64,000 bases of DNA from Promethearchaeota archaeon (GTDB lineage: Archaea > Asgardarchaeota > Lokiarchaeia > Sigyniarchaeales > SOKP01). Positions 20,126-29,780 of this stretch are shown piece after piece. The number at the start of each line of letters is the position of its first letter. Position 1 is the stretch's first letter. The stretch lies in the NCBI GenBank assembly GCA_016840165.1, contig JAEOSU010000080.1, positions 150,036 to 214,035 of the forward strand, written 5' to 3'. The notes under the pieces were generated by a model, which did no database searches, was not told the DNA's origin, and saw only the letters and a list, made by a program, of their open reading frames with translations. The position numbers were made by a program, and so were the translations under genes.

Positions 20126-20386
20126 CTATTTTACTCTTTTTTTTTGTTCTTTGGAGTCTTCTTCTTTCTCTGTAAAATATTTTCTTACTAAAAAATAGCT
20201 CGCAATAAGTGATATAAGCTCAACAACAAAACTAAGGAACGCAATGATCGTTCCATTCTGGTCTAAATAATTTAAGAGAATAGCAACTCCGAGTCCAGAA
20301 GAAACTAGTAGAAATAGTAAAAAACCTTTAGCAATTTGGGGTATAGAATCTTTAATATAATTCAATTCTTTCTTTATCCAAGACAT
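20126..20386 (-). CDS. Small 2-TM membrane protein
   Basis: Two hydrophobic segments, basic tail. Confidence 0.65.
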   Translation of the reverse strand: MSWIKKELNYIKDSIPQIAKGFLLFLLVSSGLGVAILLNYLDQNGTIIAFLSFVVELISLIASYFLVRKYFTEKEEDSKEQKKRVK

Positions 20387-20473
20387 ACATAAATACCTAC
20401 TCTAGCTATAGAAGAGAATAATCTATTTAATTAAAAATATGATGATTTTAATATTTTTGTTTAAAATCTCTCC

Positions 20474-22876
20474 TTATTTATTTTTAAATTTATAATATAA
20501 GGCATTATCTAAAATTTTACCAATTTTTGTTGCTATTATTTTGGATATCAAATATCGTTCACCATCAAGCATTTGAGCAATATCATTAGAAGTAGGTATG
20601 TGATCCAGTCTTTTTCCTAAAACCTCATTAAGGATTGATTGAATATCCAGATCAATTTTGCTAGATTCTAATAAGAGTTCATCTGGTATAAATTGCTTGA
20701 GTTTTTCTATAGTAAAGCGATAATAATCAACGAATCCATTAAGATAGTCATTATTTTTTTCACTATGTAGTTTAATGTTGTCTGCACAAGTTTTTGTATC
20801 TTTTTCTTGCCAGTAAAACCGATTAGGATTAATTCCTTTGCGAGTGATTCCCATTAAAGCGGAAGTGATTCTCCTTTCAATCCAATTTAAAGTACTTTCT
20901 TGTTGAATCTCAATTATTTCATTTCTTTTTAGTTCTTTCTTCTTTTGCTCTTCTTTAATTACTTGTTTTACAGAAGATCTTCTTGACTCTTCAAATATTT
21001 CTAATCTTTTTATAAGATCGAATGCAATACAGTATGAGATGGGAGATATCAAATCTGCTTTTAAAGTTAAAGGTTTTATACCATCATATATGAAACTAGG
21101 ATTATTTCTTAATTCGTTTATACAATTTTTTAAAGATCCAGATATAAATCTTGACATAATAAATCCATTGACTAAAAATATTTGATTTTTGGCATTAAAG
21201 ACCGTAACTAATTCCTTTTGTCTCTTCATAATACGTTTAATAATTAGCTCTTCTAACTTTACATTTACCCAATCTTCATTCTCTAGAGTGCCCTCCATTT
21301 TTTTAATGGCTTCATTGATAAGACTCTTATCATTTGTAATTTTGTGGTATAATTCAATAATTCTGCTAAGTTGCCTAAAGATTTTTGAGAAATTATAAAA
21401 ATAGATATCTTTTACAATGTTATCAATGATTTCATCAAAATTTAAAATAAATATGATTTGAGAGTAGTTGTTTAAATTTAGTTCATGAAAAAAAATCTTA
21501 TCAATAATTTGTTTTTTTCGTGCAAACTCTCTTATATCATTTATAGAGCACCCTATTTTCTCCTCTAGAATCATCCATAATTTTGCTAACTGTGGCTCAT
21601 CCCTATATATTAACTTATTTAGTCCATATTCCAAGAAATTTTTATTATTTTCGATAAAATTTTTTATCTCAGGAATTTGTATATTACACAGTACTTGCTT
21701 TGCTGAGTATAATAAGTCTTTATTCTTATCATTTAAGTATAAAAGATCCTGTTTTTTAATATTATAACGAAGCATTTTTTTCTTTACATCTTCAACTAAA
21801 GTCTCATCAACATTAAAAGTTTGTAAGATGTCATGAATGCCCCTTTTGTTCATATTAAAAATGATTTCATCAAAACTAGATTCACTTATGCATTCCAAAT
21901 AATACAAAAAATCATTAGGATGCGTTTTTAATTGTTTGATTAACTCCTTTCTAATTAATAGCTTAATTTCTTGCTCAAATAAATCAAATTCAATTTTTTC
22001 ATGCATCTTATTTCGGATATACTCAATAATATCATGTTTGAGTTTATTAGCTTCTTGAAAAACGATTAAACCCTCAACAGAAATTGGAAATTTGTTGAAT
22101 TCATAATTATAGACCCTCTTTTTTATCATTCTTACTGGCATTGCTTCAATTTGAAGTTCCTTATACGAGTTAAATTCAAATTCTTGTTGAACTTTTTGAA
22201 TAAGTCGGTTCAATGTTGATATTTCTAAAAATAAGTCTTCCTTTTCTTCTATTTCTAACTTTTTTTCTAAACTAACGGATATTGCTTTAAATGCTGAACT
22301 TTCTTCCAATATCTCTTCTCTCAGATTATTATTATATCCCATTAGATCTCCAACAAAATCATAAAAGTAAAAGGGAGGATTGTTTGAAATAATATGAATC
22401 ATTTTTTCTTCGATATTATTTTCAATTTCTCTTAACTTTTTTGATTGCTCATCCTCTTGAAGTTTAGCAATTCTTTCTTCTATTAATAAAGCTATAAATA
22501 AATTTTCTATGTTAATCAATTGAAATAACATATCAATTTCTTGTTGGAAAGAATCTTTTAATAGCATTTCAATCTCTTCCATTAAAATCCTTTTTTCCTT
22601 CAATTCTAACTCTCTAGCAGCCTCATAAGAAAATTTATTCTTTTCATAAACATCAGAAACCTTGATACCTATATTATGGTAAAGATGAACTGCTGCAGTT
22701 GCGATAAGTAGCTTATCTAAAGTATTAGTGTTATCTACAAGTTCAAAAACCTTCTGTTTGTCTTTTTCTCGGTTCAAATGAGAGATTATAGCATTCGTTG
22801 TTTTAAAGTATCTTTTAGCGCTTTCAATTGCCGTTTTCTTACGTTTAATTCCACTTATCATACTTCTTTTAACCAC
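20474..22876 (-). CDS. Large hypothetical alpha-helical protein
   Basis: 800-aa ORF overlapping the upstream gene. Confidence 0.8.
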   Translation of the reverse strand: MVKRSMISGIKRKKTAIESAKRYFKTTNAIISHLNREKDKQKVFELVDNTNTLDKLLIATAAVHLYHNIGIKVSDVYEKNKFSYEAARELELKEKRILMEEIEMLLKDSFQQEIDMLFQLINIENLFIALLIEERIAKLQEDEQSKKLREIENNIEEKMIHIISNNPPFYFYDFVGDLMGYNNNLREEILEESSAFKAISVSLEKKLEIEEKEDLFLEISTLNRLIQKVQQEFEFNSYKELQIEAMPVRMIKKRVYNYEFNKFPISVEGLIVFQEANKLKHDIIEYIRNKMHEKIEFDLFEQEIKLLIRKELIKQLKTHPNDFLYYLECISESSFDEIIFNMNKRGIHDILQTFNVDETLVEDVKKKMLRYNIKKQDLLYLNDKNKDLLYSAKQVLCNIQIPEIKNFIENNKNFLEYGLNKLIYRDEPQLAKLWMILEEKIGCSINDIREFARKKQIIDKIFFHELNLNNYSQIIFILNFDEIIDNIVKDIYFYNFSKIFRQLSRIIELYHKITNDKSLINEAIKKMEGTLENEDWVNVKLEELIIKRIMKRQKELVTVFNAKNQIFLVNGFIMSRFISGSLKNCINELRNNPSFIYDGIKPLTLKADLISPISYCIAFDLIKRLEIFEESRRSSVKQVIKEEQKKKELKRNEIIEIQQESTLNWIERRITSALMGITRKGINPNRFYWQEKDTKTCADNIKLHSEKNNDYLNGFVDYYRFTIEKLKQFIPDELLLESSKIDLDIQSILNEVLGKRLDHIPTSNDIAQMLDGERYLISKIIATKIGKILDNALYYKFKNK

Positions 22877-25197
22877 TCTCTATAAACTTCTTTAAAATTA
22901 TCTAATATTTCAATGTTCACTTTATTATGCCAATATTTGAAATTTAAAACATGAAATAGATCAGCAATGAATAAGTCATTCTCATCATTAGTAAGGTTAT
23001 GTTGCAATATGAGTGTTTTAGGGCGAGGAATTAATGAAGAGAAAAACTTTAGACTTTTTTCATCAATATAAGTGAGGAATGAAACCTCATCATCAATATG
23101 AAAAAAATCTAGTGGCGTTATTGAATCATTCTCTATTACAATTAAATTTAGTTGTTGTATAATTTTATCACGCATATATTTAGGAAATTCCGTTCTGATA
23201 CTAATACAATATTTATATAATTCATAAAATTCTAAAAGTAGGGTCTTTTCTTCGGAATCTGGTACTTTCCCGATATAATCATCTAAGAATAATATAAAGT
23301 TCTCAATTTTTTGTTCTTTCTTCTCTCTTGATTCAAAATAATTAATAAAATCGATATAGATATCTTTTAATGACCAAACTTTTTGTTCTTCTATTTTAAA
23401 AAACTTTTTTGCATAATCTCTAACCCAACTTAAAATATAGTCTTTCCATACTAAAGTTATACCCCCTATTCTCCTTTGCAAAAACCTATGAAACTTATTG
23501 GCAAAAGTAACTGGATCAGCTAATTCTTTTTCATTCTCTTCTTTTAAAAATCGATTTATAGTCGAATATCTTAGAATATAATTTAATAAGTATTTCAATT
23601 CAAAAGAAAATTTTTCAAATTTATCCAAATGAGGTTTAATCTTACTGGAGTTTGACTCCATCTGAATTTCAACAAATGAAACTAACTCTCCAATATTTAA
23701 TTCAATTTTCTCAAAAAATAATTTTAAATTCTCACCAATTATATTCTTAAATACCCTTATTATATTATCCTCATTATATTGTTGAGTTTTTGAAACTTGT
23801 TCTGATTTTATTTCTATTTTATTTAAAAAATATGATTCAAATTTGTCTAGAATTGTATTTCCAAGAACTTTTGCTGGTTTCTTTTCTGTGGCTAAACTTT
23901 CTCTCACCCTATAAATTAAATTTTGAGCTATCAAATATAACTTTCTATAAGAGAGAAATGCTGGTAATTCTTTTTTAATTAAGTTGAGGTTCGAGTTAAA
24001 AAGTTCAGAAAAATAATTAATAGCGGATTGCAACTCAATTGCTATTAATGTTTCCTTTTTTTGGATTTTATTTGATATAGAAAATAATGCCAAATCAATA
24101 TACTCTCCAAAGTTCTCTCCTTGTTTGGTATCAAAACCACTTGTAATTGAAGATTTATACTTTTGTAAAATCTCATTAAGGTTTCCTCGCTCGCCTGAAC
24201 TTAAAAATGAATGAGATTCTTTTAGAAAAGAATTAAGTTCAATTTCTATCTCATTTAAGTAAATATCAACTTTTTTAATCAAATCGTTTCCATTTTGTAT
24301 ATCATTTTTTTGGTTTAGTTTCTTTTCAAGTGATTTTATAATAAATTTCGCAATTCTTTCTTGAGATTCATCAACTGTTCCTGTATTTGCCAGCATTAAT
24401 AAATTAGAACCTAATTTTAAAGTGTTATCTATGATAAAGTTTATACTCGGTTCGGAAAGAGTAAATTTTAAATGCTCATTTGCAATATGTTCCTCGTATG
24501 GTGTTTCTATTTTTTTAAATACCGGATTTTTAAATATTATCTCTTTTGGTTTTTTATTCCAAAAGATATCTACCTCATTAATGAGAGATGCATAAGCTGT
24601 TAGCATTTCCTTTTCAGTTGGTAAAGATTTACTTATTCCAACAAGTTTTTTATTCCACTTATCCTCAATTAAATCTCCAAAAAGTTTCTTAATGAACCTG
24701 TTTATGAATTTGTTTAAAACCTGTGATTTTTGATCTAGATTTAATTCAGGGCGTTCGGTAAATTCTTCAATTTCATAAAATAACTCATTAATTTTATCAA
24801 CAGAATTTTTTGATTTATGGATATCAATATGCCCCGTATCTGGCTTTAAAGTAATAAGTAGACTTTCACAATCTTTATACTTACCTGGTATCATTAACAT
24901 TGATTTTGGATAAATTTTAGTTCTTGAACTCTGATCCCCTACATTAAACAATTCATATTCAATACTAAATACCTCAGACCCTGTATAATCCCTCAATATA
25001 GCATTGTACATTCTAAGAAACTGAATTACTTTTTGGGTCAACTGATTTACTTTCGCACGGGTTAATTTTCCAGGACCTATAATATCTCCAACAATTATTT
25101 CCTTTGGTGAGGAATAGCCAAATATCAATGAAAATTGATAATTAATCAGTTCTCTGGTTGTTATCATAATTTCAAACAATCTCAAATAAAAGGTCAA
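22858..25197 (-). CDS. Large hypothetical alpha-helical protein (start probably ATG 25167)
   Basis: ~770-aa ORF. Confidence 0.8.
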   Translation of the reverse strand: MTFYLRLFEIMITTRELINYQFSLIFGYSSPKEIIVGDIIGPGKLTRAKVNQLTQKVIQFLRMYNAILRDYTGSEVFSIEYELFNVGDQSSRTKIYPKSMLMIPGKYKDCESLLITLKPDTGHIDIHKSKNSVDKINELFYEIEEFTERPELNLDQKSQVLNKFINRFIKKLFGDLIEDKWNKKLVGISKSLPTEKEMLTAYASLINEVDIFWNKKPKEIIFKNPVFKKIETPYEEHIANEHLKFTLSEPSINFIIDNTLKLGSNLLMLANTGTVDESQERIAKFIIKSLEKKLNQKNDIQNGNDLIKKVDIYLNEIEIELNSFLKESHSFLSSGERGNLNEILQKYKSSITSGFDTKQGENFGEYIDLALFSISNKIQKKETLIAIELQSAINYFSELFNSNLNLIKKELPAFLSYRKLYLIAQNLIYRVRESLATEKKPAKVLGNTILDKFESYFLNKIEIKSEQVSKTQQYNEDNIIRVFKNIIGENLKLFFEKIELNIGELVSFVEIQMESNSSKIKPHLDKFEKFSFELKYLLNYILRYSTINRFLKEENEKELADPVTFANKFHRFLQRRIGGITLVWKDYILSWVRDYAKKFFKIEEQKVWSLKDIYIDFINYFESREKKEQKIENFILFLDDYIGKVPDSEEKTLLLEFYELYKYCISIRTEFPKYMRDKIIQQLNLIVIENDSITPLDFFHIDDEVSFLTYIDEKSLKFFSSLIPRPKTLILQHNLTNDENDLFIADLFHVLNFKYWHNKVNIEILDNFKEVYREWLKEV

Positions 25198-25442
25198 AAA
25201 TTTTTTTTTTAGACCTTTCTAAAATTAAATAACTTATAGTAGAAGTAGTATTAAAATTTATTTTGGATAAAAATTCTAAACTTTTTTCTCCTAATGGTGC
25301 TGTCATTATTTAATAACATTTTCTGGAATTATTTCTATGTATTGAATTAGAATTTCAAAATAAATAAATAATAAGATTTTATTTAATTCTATATTAGAGA
25401 AATAATTTTAATTAATAACTAAGGAAGAAGGTTTTTTAAAAA

Positions 25443-25847
25443 TTGCAATTTGGTTCAGATCTCGGGATTCGTGATGATGATATTGAAAAAATTAGCCCTC
25501 AAGTTACATTTATTACTTCAAATGCAGATATTGAAGCAATAGCGTTAGTATCCCAAGAGGGATACCAAATAGCATTTTCAGCGCTTCCTCAATATCAAGT
25601 TGATGGTGATCAATTTTGTGGTTTAGCAAGCGCATTATTAATGACGGGAAGCTCAACAATTCAAACGTTATTTCAAGAAGATTTGAGCGAAATAATTGTA
25701 AGGGCAGAAAATGGATATATAGTCATTAGCAACGCGGGAAGATTAGTGATTGTCTGTGCTGGAACAATTATTGACACCTTAATGAAAACAGTTAAAGTAA
25801 TGAGGATAGCATCTAAGAATTTAAGTAAAATATTTGAAAATAGATAA
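25443..25847 (+). CDS. Roadblock/LC7 (MglB-like) protein
   Basis: IEAIALVSQEGY..; EIIVRAENGYIVI. Confidence 0.9.
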   Translation: MQFGSDLGIRDDDIEKISPQVTFITSNADIEAIALVSQEGYQIAFSALPQYQVDGDQFCGLASALLMTGSSTIQTLFQEDLSEIIVRAENGYIVISNAGRLVIVCAGTIIDTLMKTVKVMRIASKNLSKIFENR

Positions 25848-25909
25848 GAGAAAATATTTATAAGTATGCTAATCTTTTTAGAATCTAAATAAACCCATGG
25901 TTCAATTTA

Positions 25910-25963
25910 ATGCTGATTTTTTTTATTAATGATAGGACTTGGCATTGTTTTTGGCATCCTTAG
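25910..25963 (+). promoter_or_regulatory. Putative Trp leader peptide ORF (MLIFFINDRTWHCFWHP) with overlapping hairpin upstream of trpB2
   Basis: Two in-frame TGG codons; stems AATGAT/ATCATT and GGCATTG/TAATGCC; downstream U-rich tract. Confidence 0.5.
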
Positions 25964-26113
25964 TAATGCCTAATCATTGGTTTAAAATCTTATTTATCTT
26001 GTTTTTAAGTTTTGAAACACTTGCTTAATCCAAAATATTGCATTTAGCAATATTGCCTATATTTTTTTGAATTCCAATTAAATTATGAAACAATTTATAT
26101 TATTATACAAAAA

Positions 26114-27538
26114 TTGTTAATGATAAGTGAAAGAAAAATGAATAATTTTCTTAATTCGAGGGTTATATTAAAACCAGACGAAACACCAAAAGAATGGGTA
26201 AATATTTTACCATATCTTCCCATTCCAATGACGCCTTTAGTAAATCCAATGGATGGAAAACCCGCCTCTTTTGAACTAGCTACTATGATTTTTCCAAAAA
26301 GTTGCGTTTTACAGGATACTTCTATGGAGGAAAATATTCCTATTCCAAAGGAACTGAGGGATCTTTACGTAAGAACCTACAGGCCATCCCCGCTACATCG
26401 AGCATATGGTTTAGAAACATTTATTGGAGTAAAAGGAGAGGATATTAAAATTTTTTATAAAAATGAATCTCTATCTCCTACGGGGTCTCATAAACCTAAT
26501 ACTGCTTTAGCACAAGCATATTATGCTCAAAAAGAAGGGGTAAAAGAACTAGTTACTGAAACGGGTGCAGGTCAATGGGGTTCCGGACTGTCATTTGGAT
26601 GCAGTTTATTTAATATTAAGTGCACAGTCTATATGGTTAGAGCAAGTTTTTTGCAGAAACCAGGTAGAAAAATCCTTATGCAAGCTTTCAATGCAGAAGT
26701 CCATGCTAGCCCATCAAATCTTACCGAATCCGGGAAATTATACTATGATAAAGACCAGAATCATCCTGGTAGTTTAGGAATTGCCATTTCAGAAGCAGTT
26801 GAACATAGTTTATCAGATGCGAATATAAAATATTCATTAGGAAGCGTAGTTAATTTTGTTTTATTACACCAAACGATAGTAGGTCAAGAACTTAAGATAC
26901 AATTTAACAAGATAAAGTTAATACCTGATATTTTAATAGGTTGTATGGGAGGAGGTTCTAATTTTGGTGGGTTTATAATACCCTATATCAAAGATAAAAT
27001 CAATGGAGATATGCCCGATTTAGAAGTGATTGGTGTTGAACCTAGAGCATGTCCAAGTGTTTGCAAAGGAAAATATATTTGGGATTATGGTGATTCTGCA
27101 AAAAAAGCACCAATTTTAAAAATGTATACATTAGGCCACAATTTTATTCCAAGCCCCATTCATGCGGGAGGGCTAAGATACCACGGAATGGCACCAATAA
27201 TCTCGATTTTAAACAAAAAGAAAGTAATACGTTCAGTGATGCATCATCAAACGGAAGTTATTGAGGCGGGGTTGATATTTGCAAAATCAGAAGGGATAAT
27301 CCCTGCTCCTGAAGCATGTCACGCTGTAAAAGAAGCAATTGATCAAGCATTAAAAGCAAAAGAAAATAATGAAAAGAAGGTAATAGCGTTTAATTTTAGT
27401 GGACATGGTTTCTTCGATTTATCTGCATATAATGAATATCTATCGAATAAATTGATCGATTATGAATTGCCCGGTTTCGAGATTCAATCATCACTGAGTT
27501 CGGATGATATGCCAAAGGTTAATGAAGCAGAATTTTAA
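26114..27538 (+). CDS. trpB2: Tryptophan synthase beta chain, TrpB2 type
   Basis: GSHKPN (PLP Lys), ETGAGQWG, GGGSN, HAGGLRYHG, SGHG. Confidence 0.95.
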   Translation: MLMISERKMNNFLNSRVILKPDETPKEWVNILPYLPIPMTPLVNPMDGKPASFELATMIFPKSCVLQDTSMEENIPIPKELRDLYVRTYRPSPLHRAYGLETFIGVKGEDIKIFYKNESLSPTGSHKPNTALAQAYYAQKEGVKELVTETGAGQWGSGLSFGCSLFNIKCTVYMVRASFLQKPGRKILMQAFNAEVHASPSNLTESGKLYYDKDQNHPGSLGIAISEAVEHSLSDANIKYSLGSVVNFVLLHQTIVGQELKIQFNKIKLIPDILIGCMGGGSNFGGFIIPYIKDKINGDMPDLEVIGVEPRACPSVCKGKYIWDYGDSAKKAPILKMYTLGHNFIPSPIHAGGLRYHGMAPIISILNKKKVIRSVMHHQTEVIEAGLIFAKSEGIIPAPEACHAVKEAIDQALKAKENNEKKVIAFNFSGHGFFDLSAYNEYLSNKLIDYELPGFEIQSSLSSDDMPKVNEAEF

Positions 27539-27615
27539 ATTTTTTTTTTTTTTTATAATAATTTTAAAATTTAACAGAAAATTTCTTAGTTATAATACAA
27601 ATAGAGAATAAAGAT

Positions 27616-28698
27616 TTGAATATTCTTTCATTAGTCATTGTTAGCATTTTATATGTTTTTGGAGTGTTTTTATTATACATTTCATATTTGTCTAAAAAAA
27701 AGGGGGACAAAGGAGCATATATTAATAATATTTTCAATTCCATTATTTTCTTAGTAAGTATTACCGTTAATCTAATTATTGTGAATCTCTTCCATTTTTC
27801 TAATATCGATTTCATAATTTTTCCTTTTGATGTTTTTATAATTGTATTTATTTTGTTTTTTTTCCCTATTTTCTATTTATCTGTTTATCGAGAAAAAAAG
27901 AATATAACCACACGTTTACCTTATAATTCAAAAAATCATTATCCTTTATTTAAAGAATTACCATTGAAATATGAGCTATATCGTAAATTAACGCATCTGA
28001 TTGTATTAGGAATTATATTTTTTTATTTTACTTTAGGGTTTTGGGTTCAAAATTTTTTTTTAAACATTTTAGATTTTTTTCCTGAAATAATTTCTGATTT
28101 ATTTTTATCATTTTATAATATTGAAGGTGATAAGATGATTTTTACTCAGTATTTGGTCGTATTTTTAGTCAGCATAACACTAATAAGCTTTTTTACAGCA
28201 GATTTTACGAGAATTTTAAAACCAGAATTGTACCCGTTAAAACCCATAAATAAAATACTTAGAAAAAAAGAGCTAGGGCTAAGATTCGGACCACATATCT
28301 CAATGGCAATTGGTTGTTTCTCCATAATTATACTTTATGGATTATTTCAACCAATTGGACCAATTGTTATTTGCAGCTCAATGACAATGGCAATATTCGG
28401 TGATATTACAGCAAATTTAATTGGTAGAACAATAGGCAAAAAAACAATAAGAGATACAAAAAAGACTTATGAGGGTTTAATCGCTGGTATAATAGCGGCA
28501 TTTATTTCTGGAATTATTAGTTTACTTTTCTTAAATGAATTTTATTCAATTTCTCTCATATTCTTAATTATTGGTCCTTCTATTGGTTCTTTAATAGTTG
28601 GTATAATAGATTATTTAAGCTTAGAAATTGATGATAATCTAACCAATAACTTCTTTCTATCAACAATATTGTTTTTTATTTCACTTTTAATTTTATAG
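27616..28698 (+). CDS. CTP-dependent polyprenol/diacylglycerol kinase (dolichol kinase/Dgk1-like) membrane protein
   Basis: ELYRKLTH; GD..A.LIGR..GK; KKTYEG; DDN. Confidence 0.85.
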   Translation: MNILSLVIVSILYVFGVFLLYISYLSKKKGDKGAYINNIFNSIIFLVSITVNLIIVNLFHFSNIDFIIFPFDVFIIVFILFFFPIFYLSVYREKKNITTRLPYNSKNHYPLFKELPLKYELYRKLTHLIVLGIIFFYFTLGFWVQNFFLNILDFFPEIISDLFLSFYNIEGDKMIFTQYLVVFLVSITLISFFTADFTRILKPELYPLKPINKILRKKELGLRFGPHISMAIGCFSIIILYGLFQPIGPIVICSSMTMAIFGDITANLIGRTIGKKTIRDTKKTYEGLIAGIIAAFISGIISLLFLNEFYSISLIFLIIGPSIGSLIVGIIDYLSLEIDDNLTNNFFLSTILFFISLLIL

Positions 28699-28756
28699 GA
28701 TTTTTTTTTCTCAATATACCCAAATTTTTTCAATAAAAATAATTTTATTTCAAAAG

Positions 28757-29263
28757 ATGTTAGAAGAAAAATTAAAAATAGATAAAATAAAAAAGGGCAC
28801 TGTTATAGATCACATTGATGCCGGTTATGCGCTTACAATTCTTAATCTTACAGGTTTGGATGAAACTACAAACCTCATGACTATTGGTGTGAACGTGTCT
28901 TCAAAAAAGTACTCTAAAAAAGATATAATAAAAATTGAAGGTGTTTTCCTAAATGAAATACAAATGCAGCAGATTTCAATATTATCTCCTAATAATTCTA
29001 TCTCTTTAATTGATAATTATAAGGTAATTGAAAAAAAGAAAGTAAAAATCCCTAAAGTTATAAAAAGATTGATCGTGTGTGTTAATAAAACCTGTATTTC
29101 AAATTCTAATAAGGAACCTATTGATTCGGAATTTATAGTTTTAGAAGAGAAACCATTGAAGATTCAATGTTCCTATTGCAATCGGATATATAAGCTAAAT
29201 GAGATAAGGTTTAGCTCAAAGGGAAAAACTGAGAAGAAAGTTAAACAAAAATTTCAATTGTAA
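28757..29263 (+). CDS. pyrI: Aspartate carbamoyltransferase regulatory chain
   Basis: GTVIDHI, KDIIKIE, CVNKTCISN, CSYC. Confidence 0.96.
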   Translation: MLEEKLKIDKIKKGTVIDHIDAGYALTILNLTGLDETTNLMTIGVNVSSKKYSKKDIIKIEGVFLNEIQMQQISILSPNNSISLIDNYKVIEKKKVKIPKVIKRLIVCVNKTCISNSNKEPIDSEFIVLEEKPLKIQCSYCNRIYKLNEIRFSSKGKTEKKVKQKFQL

Positions 29264-29268
29264 TCATA

Positions 29269-29685
29269 TTATAGAAAAGCCAAAAGAGTATGAGTGATTA
29301 CACCTACAATCATGAATAGAAGGAAGAAGATTCCAATTCCTGGTTTAATTATATTTTTCCAATTCCACTCCTCTTTATCATAATTGTACCGTAATACTAT
29401 AAAATTAAATAAGAAGGGTGACAAAAACCAAAAACATAACATCCAGATTAACATTGGCCAACCAATAAATCCGATTAATCGCCCTATTACGGCACTTAAT
29501 GCCCCAGTAGCAGCTCTTACCCAATATAGTTTAGTCTCTTTTTCTAACCTTATGTCTAAATTAGTCTTATGCTTTTTTTCCTCTTGTTGTTCTTGCTTAC
29601 TTGATAATTTTCGTTTTTCTTTAATTAATTTTTTTCTTTCTTTCTTAATGTTAATTCTCTTAGGACGATTATCTTTTTTTACCAT
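29269..29685 (-). CDS. EMC6/Rab5ip-like 3-TM membrane protein
   Basis: LYWVRAATGALSAVIG; three TM helices; G...F pattern in last helix. Confidence 0.6.
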   Translation of the reverse strand: MVKKDNRPKRINIKKERKKLIKEKRKLSSKQEQQEEKKHKTNLDIRLEKETKLYWVRAATGALSAVIGRLIGFIGWPMLIWMLCFWFLSPFLFNFIVLRYNYDKEEWNWKNIIKPGIGIFFLLFMIVGVITHTLLAFL

Positions 29686-29780
29686 AATGATAATTATAAA
29701 TATTATTTATTATAAAAATCATTATCTATCTTGAATTATGTGGTTGTAATAATTTTGGAAGGAGATTAACTAAAATAACT

